Part shown: piece after piece, positions 58,192 to 64,000 of the stretch | Numbering within the stretch: position 1 is the stretch's first letter | Layout of the letters: every line of letters begins with the position of its first letter | Assembly: GCA_016931955.1 (NCBI GenBank) | Contig: JAFGDV010000012.1 | Span: 37,510-101,509 of the forward strand | DNA from: Candidatus Altiarchaeota archaeon | GTDB taxonomy: Archaea > Altiarchaeota > Altiarchaeia > IMC4 > QMZM01 | Direction of reading: 5' to 3' | Length of the DNA stretch: 64,000 bases | Made by a program: the position numbers and the translations under genes | Notes under the pieces: model-generated | Told to the model about the DNA's origin: nothing | Seen by the model: only the letters and a program-made list of their open reading frames with translations | Databases searched by the model: none

Positions 58192-59680
58192 TCTCCCCTG
58201 GAAGCTCACCCAATCTTTTCCTGAACCCCTTAGGCCAGTTTTCAGGGTCAAGGCCTTTCTGGGCTGTGAATGCTGCAAGCCATCTCTCCAATCCTATGCC
58301 AGTGCAGCCCGAATAAAGTTCACCCCCTTGAGCCTTCACATTGAAGCCCTTTGGATATTTGTCCCCATTATTTGAGGCATTCTGGAACTCCAGCCACTCA
58401 GATTCCTCACGTGAACCCTTATAGGGCATGTATGCTTCAAAGTCTATCGTCCCTATCTTCTTTTCTTCGTCGGCTATTCCAACCATGCCCTCCTGCGCCA
58501 TGAACCAGGGGGTCACGAAGGCCATCCTCCACTCAAGTTCCAGTATTCCATTGAAGATCTTCTTATAGTGTTCCACGATCTCCTTATGTAATCGCTCTAC
58601 TTGCTCAGGGTAACCGATCCATACAAACTCTATGCGGTGGAATTCGTCAACGCGTTCTATGCCATGTATGCCGCCGGATTCATACCTCATCGAGGTGCCG
58701 GAGCGGTCGAATACCTTCAGGGGCAGGCTTTCCTCAGCTATCATCTTACCCGCCAGATAGGGCCAGAACGGCGGACACTGAGCGTAACACATTCCGCCAA
58801 TGGGTTCCTTTATCCGCTCCTTCACCAACTCCGTAGGAACCTCACCCGTTATCTTGTATACGTCTATCACCTCCTCCCAGAGTTCCGGGTCGCGGCTCTG
58901 CGGCGGGCATAGGTAGTATATCTCACCGTATAGATTCTTCGCGTGACCTGACTTCTTCCACACATCCCATGTCACGGCCTTCGGGATTACGACTTCGTCC
59001 ACGTCTAGGGGCTTCAATAGTTCGTCTACGACGATCTGCTCCATCGTCTTCATCATCTTCGTGGCTATTGGACCGAATATCCACTGGCCTCTGCCACGGT
59101 GCATTATCCAGTCCCTTTTCTCCATCTCCAGGCTGGGGTCCTTATCCCAGGCATGTTTTTTCTCCTCAGAAGACCATATGAGTTCCCAATGCTCTTCCTT
59201 TCCCTCATAGTATTGTTTGTCTACTTTCTCCTGGATCAGGCTTATCATTCGGTCCACGTAATTCCTCTGCAGGAATTCCTCGTCCAAGTTTTCTAATTCG
59301 AGAACACAGTTTTTTTCTTTGAATTCCAGTTTTTTCGCGTATGCTATGTCTATCTTTTTCTTCGGCTCCTTCTCTAGCTCGAATTCTATCTTATACTTTT
59401 CTGCCCTGACCTCTCTCACACCTACGTGGTGTTTCTTTCCCAGCTCGGCCGCCAGAAGGTTTTTCATGCGGAAGACTGCGTCATGTGGGCGCACATGTCT
59501 TCCAGAAGTGATCCTAAGCATCAGGCGATCGCCTTCCAGTTTGGAGGACTCTATCTTAGCGCCCTCACCCTTGGGTGCGCCCTTCTCCAGGACAGAAGAA
59601 GACTTCAACAGAATATCTCGGACATCAACGCCCTCCAAGGGCTTGTTGAAAACCAATGTACAATCAAGAATGAACCTCAT
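58178..59680 (-). CDS. Class II aminoacyl-tRNA synthetase, possibly methanogen-type seryl-tRNA synthetase
   Basis: Motif 2 …SMRYESGGIHGIERVDEFHRIEF… and motif 3 …GCTGIGLERW… 500 aa with an atypical N-terminal domain. Confidence 0.4.
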   Translation of the reverse strand: MRFILDCTLVFNKPLEGVDVRDILLKSSSVLEKGAPKGEGAKIESSKLEGDRLMLRITSGRHVRPHDAVFRMKNLLAAELGKKHHVGVREVRAEKYKIEFELEKEPKKKIDIAYAKKLEFKEKNCVLELENLDEEFLQRNYVDRMISLIQEKVDKQYYEGKEEHWELIWSSEEKKHAWDKDPSLEMEKRDWIMHRGRGQWIFGPIATKMMKTMEQIVVDELLKPLDVDEVVIPKAVTWDVWKKSGHAKNLYGEIYYLCPPQSRDPELWEEVIDVYKITGEVPTELVKERIKEPIGGMCYAQCPPFWPYLAGKMIAEESLPLKVFDRSGTSMRYESGGIHGIERVDEFHRIEFVWIGYPEQVERLHKEIVEHYKKIFNGILELEWRMAFVTPWFMAQEGMVGIADEEKKIGTIDFEAYMPYKGSREESEWLEFQNASNNGDKYPKGFNVKAQGGELYSGCTGIGLERWLAAFTAQKGLDPENWPKGFRKRLGELPGEIRFL

Positions 59681-59734
59681 GTAATATAATTAAGCAGAGA
59701 ACACATTTAAGTCTATAACATACCATATTGCCTG

Positions 59735-60526
59735 CTAGGATATAATAGCCATCATAGTACGTCTAAAGCTTCCCGTTTCCCTTATCAGTGTTTCTTCGCC
59801 ATTGATTTTTTGAATGTATGTGACCTCTACAGTAAATTCTTCTTCCTCAAACCAGTCAGGACAGTTCTGTCTTAACACGACCTTTGTAGATTCCCCAAGC
59901 TTCAGGGGCTTGTCAAATTTTCGTGAACAGCTATTACCTTCATTATCTATAACTTTAATAGACTTCAATGTTATGGGAGTGCCAGCAGCATTTAGAGTGG
60001 TGTCGATGGCATCACATAAGAGCACGTCTCCGAAACCTATGCTGGAAAAATTCCTTACTTCATATATCCGGCCCAGTCCATAACATCCTCTATCGCTTTC
60101 CCAGCCAAAGGCTGAAAAGACGAATACTGAGTTTAGGATAAACACAAGGATGAATAACCCCGCCAGTATTCTTACGATATTTCTGAAACCCCTCCTATCG
60201 AAGAACGAACGAGAAAGCAAACTGGCAATAAACCACCAGTAAATCAAAAACAGGATACTTAGTATTACTACTCCCCCAATATTCACAGTAGCCAACAATA
60301 GGATTACCAATATGACAGGCAGATTGGGGATAATGAATGGCCATCCAAAGTATGTGAAGGTGGTCATCTGATGTGAATACATCGGGAGTTGGTAGGGAAC
60401 CCCAAACTTTAGGAATCTGTATATATGATACAGGATATCCGGATACAGGATAAGGTTAGCCGCCAGAATAACTGTAAAAAACTTGATTTTGTTTTTAGTC
60501 GGCTTCAGGAATTCCTTAAAGCTCAT
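59735..60526 (-). CDS. Membrane protein (hypothetical)
   Basis: 263 aa with about 4 TM helices and a C-terminal soluble domain. Confidence 0.3.
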   Translation of the reverse strand: MSFKEFLKPTKNKIKFFTVILAANLILYPDILYHIYRFLKFGVPYQLPMYSHQMTTFTYFGWPFIIPNLPVILVILLLATVNIGGVVILSILFLIYWWFIASLLSRSFFDRRGFRNIVRILAGLFILVFILNSVFVFSAFGWESDRGCYGLGRIYEVRNFSSIGFGDVLLCDAIDTTLNAAGTPITLKSIKVIDNEGNSCSRKFDKPLKLGESTKVVLRQNCPDWFEEEEFTVEVTYIQKINGEETLIRETGSFRRTMMAIIS

Positions 60527-60558
60527 GTTAGGTTATCTGTGCGAGTAGATAAATACGT

Positions 60559-61326
60559 TCAGCCTACGTACGCCCTTAGTATGTCTTCTATGTCGACTAT
60601 GCCTTGGAGGTGTCCTTTTTCGTCGGTGACGGGCAGCCGTATGATGTCTCTTTCAAGCATCAGGGCTGCTGCTTCCTTGACGTCTGCTCCAGGTTTTATG
60701 GTCACCGCTGGCGTCCTCATCGCCTTCTCCACGTGGACTATCTTGGGCCTGCCGGACTCCTTCGACAACCTTACGGAGCCCGCCCTGATCATGTCCATCC
60801 TGGTAAGCACGCCGATGACCTTCTTCTTTTTTAGTACAGGGAAGCCTGAGAAGTTGCTGGCGTACATCTTATCCCATATCCCAGAAATCTCATCCCCGGG
60901 TTCGCAGAATACCACTTCAGATGTCATGACGTCGGCTATTTTCTTCTTCACAGGATTGTGGGAGTGTTTCATGAATGCAGCAAGCAGGTCACGGGCTGAG
61001 ATGATGCCTACGATCCTGTCGTCTGCTACGACAGGCAGCTGTCTTATCCCTGCTTTTATCATTTTCTGGGCGCATGAGAGCAAGTCTTCCTCAAGCCCTG
61101 AGGTGACGACGTTCTTCACCATTATGCCCCCCACCAGGAGGTTTGCCTTGTTTGAGGTGACCCTCATCACGTCGCCTCTAGTGATGATGCCAACAAGTTT
61201 GTCTTCTTCGACGACTGGAAGAGACCGCCTGCGGTGACGACGCATGATGGACCTTGCTTTCGTTACCAGATCCGATGCATGAATGCATTCCGGATCCGCC
61301 GTCATAACATCTTGGACTAAGACCAT
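60559..61326 (-). CDS. CBS-domain protein (4 CBS)
   Basis: Repeated CBS motifs (…GIITRGDV…, …GIISARDL…, …GVLTRMDM…, …GIVDIEDI…). Confidence 0.6.
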   Translation of the reverse strand: MVLVQDVMTADPECIHASDLVTKARSIMRRHRRRSLPVVEEDKLVGIITRGDVMRVTSNKANLLVGGIMVKNVVTSGLEEDLLSCAQKMIKAGIRQLPVVADDRIVGIISARDLLAAFMKHSHNPVKKKIADVMTSEVVFCEPGDEISGIWDKMYASNFSGFPVLKKKKVIGVLTRMDMIRAGSVRLSKESGRPKIVHVEKAMRTPAVTIKPGADVKEAAALMLERDIIRLPVTDEKGHLQGIVDIEDILRAYVG

Positions 61327-61375
61327 TTTTCAGGTTTGGTTCCTAGAATCCAGGAGACGAAAAAGCCCTAGAAGA

Positions 61376-61921
61376 TTAATCCTCGCTTGCACACTCTTCA
61401 CACATCAATCTTCCATTGAAGGGTCTCAGGTTCTCTGAATAGTTACTGCAGACCTCACACACCCCTGAGATAGTTACTTCGGGGGATGGTATGTCGGCTA
61501 TATCCCATTGACTATGTTCTCTTATCAGTAGATGGAGTGCCGGCTCAACGCGAACCAGATCAAATTCCGAGAGTATTCCGATGATGTTGCTATCCTTTGT
61601 GACCACAAGCCTCCTCACCTCGTTGTCTCTCATCTTCCTGGCTGCGTCGTCGATGTCCTGTTCAGGCTTTATCGTTATGAGGGGTGAAGTCATTGTCTCT
61701 GACACCTTCACTTGTTTTGGATCTTTTCCGTCTGCAACCACTTTTGCGATTATGTCGGTGTTTGTTATTATTCCCACGCCGACGCCATTGTCTATAACGA
61801 TCACTGAATCTATGTCGTTCTTTTTCATGACTGATGCAACCCTCTGAATGTTTTCATCAGGCGTCACATAGATGACTCCTCTAGTCATAGCATCCCCAAC
61901 CTTTAGTTCCATTTTAGCCAT
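61376..61921 (-). CDS. CBS pair fused to a C-terminal zinc ribbon
   Basis: Two CBS motifs, then CEVCSNYSENLRPFNGRLMCEEC. Confidence 0.5.
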   Translation of the reverse strand: MAKMELKVGDAMTRGVIYVTPDENIQRVASVMKKNDIDSVIVIDNGVGVGIITNTDIIAKVVADGKDPKQVKVSETMTSPLITIKPEQDIDDAARKMRDNEVRRLVVTKDSNIIGILSEFDLVRVEPALHLLIREHSQWDIADIPSPEVTISGVCEVCSNYSENLRPFNGRLMCEECASED

Positions 61922-61967
61922 TCATTTAATTTGTTTCAATAAAGTATAAAGGAACTGGGGTTAAAAT

Positions 61968-63686
61968 ATGGGACCTGACTTTGAAGTGAGGGATAAAGAC
62001 GTCGGCGGGAGGATTGGGAAGCTCAACATAGATAATAAGACCGTTGAAACGCCGTTGCTGATGCCGGTATACAATCCAAACAAGCCCCTGATAAGCATAG
62101 AAGAACTGAGGGATAGATTCAACCTAAAGGCCTTGATGACTAATTCCTACCTTATGTTGAAGGATGACACCCTCAGGGAGAAGGTGCTCGCGGAGGGCGT
62201 CCACAAGTACCTGAACTTCGATGGTTTAATAGCAACTGATTCAGGCTCATTTCAGCTGATGTCGTATGGGAGCGTTTCCACGACGAATAGGGGGATAATA
62301 GAGTTCCAGGAAAGGATCGGCTCAGACATAGGCTCCTTCCTCGATATACCCTCGCTGCCAGATTCTTATAAGCCCCGGGCGGCTGAGGAATTAGATACCT
62401 CCTTGGAGAGGGCTAAGGAAGCATTGAACGCAAAGTTTGTCGTCAACGCCGGCATTCAGGGTTCAACGCACCTCGACCTCAGGAAGAAGGCTGCCTTAGG
62501 AATCGGGGGAAACTTCAGGCTGTGCGCCGTTGGTGGCATCGTCAGGTTGATGGAGGATTACCGTTTCTCTGACCTCGTGGATATCATCGCAACGGTGAAA
62601 GAGAATCTGCCTTCAGATAGGATTGTTCACGCCTTCGGCTTAGGTCATCCTATGGTTTTTTCTCTCGCTGCCGCCCTCGGATGCGACCTTTTTGATTCCG
62701 CTGCCTACGCCCTCTACGCCCAAGATGGTAGGTATATGACTGAGGCTGGGACGAAGAGGCTGGACAACTTGGATTATCTGCCGTGCTCCTGTCCAATCTG
62801 CAGTAAGTATGGTATGGAACTAAGGGAGTTAGAGGAGGGGGAACGGATTAAAAACCTGGCCTTACATAATCTCTACATCAGCTTTGAGGAATTGAACAGG
62901 GTCAAGCAGGCTATCAGGGAGGGTAGTCTCTGGGAGCTGTTGTCCATGCGCACCAGATCACATCCAGGGCTTTTTTCAGCCCTCAGTAGGTTATCTGACC
63001 ATAGTGGATGGCTTTCCAGGCTCGACCCCATCACAAAGAAGACACCATTCTATTACACGGGAAGGGAATCCAGGTACAGATCCGAGGTCGTGAATGCGCG
63101 TAAAAGGATGAAGAGGGTTTCATCCGTTAACAGGATAAGACTTCAGCCCTTTGGCAGAGTGCCTGTTGAAGTCTTGGACGTCTACCCCTTCGGGAGCTTC
63201 AGTTCGCCTGAGGGTGTGGTCAGAGAGGATCCACCTTTTAGCGTTAGAGACATCGAGAAGTTACGAGCCATTATGGAGTACCAGTTCGGCAGTGGTGCCT
63301 CAGACCTTATAGAGGATGGCTTCAGGATAAAGAAGTCCAGGAAGACTGGGAGGATCAGATGGATTTATAGGAAAAAAGAACTTGTCGCCTCAGTGCGCGC
63401 ATCGGATCACATGATAATACCCAAACAGTATCTTGCGGAAAAACTCAGGGAGAGATTCAAGTACCCGAAGCTTAGGGTTGTCATTGATGATGAAGCTGTT
63501 CCCTTTGTCTCCGAGGGGAAGAGCGTCTTCGCCAGATTCGTTGTATGGGTGGATCCTGATTTGAGGGCTAATGACGAGGTCTTAGTAGTTGATCGAAAGG
63601 ACGAGCTTATCAGGACCGGTACATTGGTTCTCGCACCTAAGGAGGCTATTGATTTTAGTAGGGGTGTTGCCGTCAGGGTCAGATGA
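61968..63686 (+). CDS. tgtA: Archaeosine tRNA-guanine transglycosylase (ArcTGT, with C-terminal PUA)
   Basis: MGPDFEVRDKDVGGRIGKLN…TPLLMPV…, Zn site CSCPICS. 572 aa, typical ArcTGT length. Confidence 0.8.
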   Translation: MGPDFEVRDKDVGGRIGKLNIDNKTVETPLLMPVYNPNKPLISIEELRDRFNLKALMTNSYLMLKDDTLREKVLAEGVHKYLNFDGLIATDSGSFQLMSYGSVSTTNRGIIEFQERIGSDIGSFLDIPSLPDSYKPRAAEELDTSLERAKEALNAKFVVNAGIQGSTHLDLRKKAALGIGGNFRLCAVGGIVRLMEDYRFSDLVDIIATVKENLPSDRIVHAFGLGHPMVFSLAAALGCDLFDSAAYALYAQDGRYMTEAGTKRLDNLDYLPCSCPICSKYGMELRELEEGERIKNLALHNLYISFEELNRVKQAIREGSLWELLSMRTRSHPGLFSALSRLSDHSGWLSRLDPITKKTPFYYTGRESRYRSEVVNARKRMKRVSSVNRIRLQPFGRVPVEVLDVYPFGSFSSPEGVVREDPPFSVRDIEKLRAIMEYQFGSGASDLIEDGFRIKKSRKTGRIRWIYRKKELVASVRASDHMIIPKQYLAEKLRERFKYPKLRVVIDDEAVPFVSEGKSVFARFVVWVDPDLRANDEVLVVDRKDELIRTGTLVLAPKEAIDFSRGVAVRVR

Positions 63687-64000
63687 ACTGGAGGGGAAAA
63701 TAGATTTCATACCGCTCCTGTCTGCTTTTTTCTTCTCCTTGCAGGTAGTTGCATAGGTAGTATGGTAGGTAGACTATTCCGTCAAAGACTGCCTCAGCTA
63801 GGAAAAGTTTCCCAAGGAGCTCGGATACCTCCCCACTTGAGTGCTCGACTGGGTCTTTTGGGTATGTTGTGTGTTGTACTTCATCTACTTTTAGAAGGGA
63901 TTCCAGGTCATAGGCTTTGTCTTCAATCTTTGGCACATGTATCTTTGACCGTACATAGTAGTTCTCTTCAGGGTAACCGTAGCCCCTGGATGCGACCTCT
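63679..64000 (-). CDS. Partial CDS running off the window end (unknown)
   Basis: Open minus-strand frame continues past 64000. Only the C-terminal ~100 aa is visible. Confidence 0.2.
   Translation of the reverse strand, partial: EVASRGYGYPEENYYVRSKIHVPKIEDKAYDLESLLKVDEVQHTTYPKDPVEHSSGEVSELLGKLFLAEAVFDGIVYLPYYLCNYLQGEEKSRQERYEIYFPLQFI

Overview
This is an archaeal chromosomal window. TFB, RadB, a GINS-like protein, archaeosine tRNA-guanine transglycosylase, CdhD/CdhE, Mch and many CBS-domain proteins all point that way. It has three compositionally distinct blocks.

(1) Positions 1-18,400 form a very AT-rich surface-glycan / N-glycosylation-type island. It contains at least 5 GT4 and 5 GT2 glycosyltransferases, two tandem hexapeptide acetyltransferase paralogs, WecB, a CE4 deacetylase, two MOP-type flippases, a GT-C membrane glycosyltransferase and an ATP-grasp enzyme. 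It is followed by a 1063-aa secreted, sequon-dense surface (S-layer-like) protein with Cys-rich repeats and a C-terminal membrane anchor.

(2) Positions 21.9-32.8 kb form a strongly A/C-skewed accessory block. It holds five divergent COG1373-type (AAA + DUF4143-like) ATPase paralogs, a 3'-terminal fragment of a sixth, and an AbiEi/AbiEii-like wHTH + nucleotidyltransferase pair. Each gene has its own palindromic operator-like element. The block is interspersed with degenerate direct copies of the 3' end of a resident GC-rich Dpm1-like GT2 gene and with a recurring 3'-terminal motif (TGGAAGTGGCTGCTRGA). This looks like serial cassette integration at gene 3' ends and is the candidate novel system.

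(3) Positions 33-64 kb are GC ~50% core. They encode MetV/MetF, Mch, a RACo-like corrinoid activator, CODH/ACS CdhE and CdhD, MobA, a transporter, SufC/SufBD, geranylgeranyl reductase, PurA, RadB, an Mre11-like phosphoesterase, a GINS-like protein, TFB, PyrG, an ITPase, FKBP, CBS proteins, a Dph2-like protein, a class II aaRS and ArcTGT. A HEPN(pseudo)-MNT toxin-antitoxin cassette sits at the 3' end of metF, flanked by a 53-bp duplication of the metF 3' end.

No rRNA, tRNA or CRISPR array was recognised.
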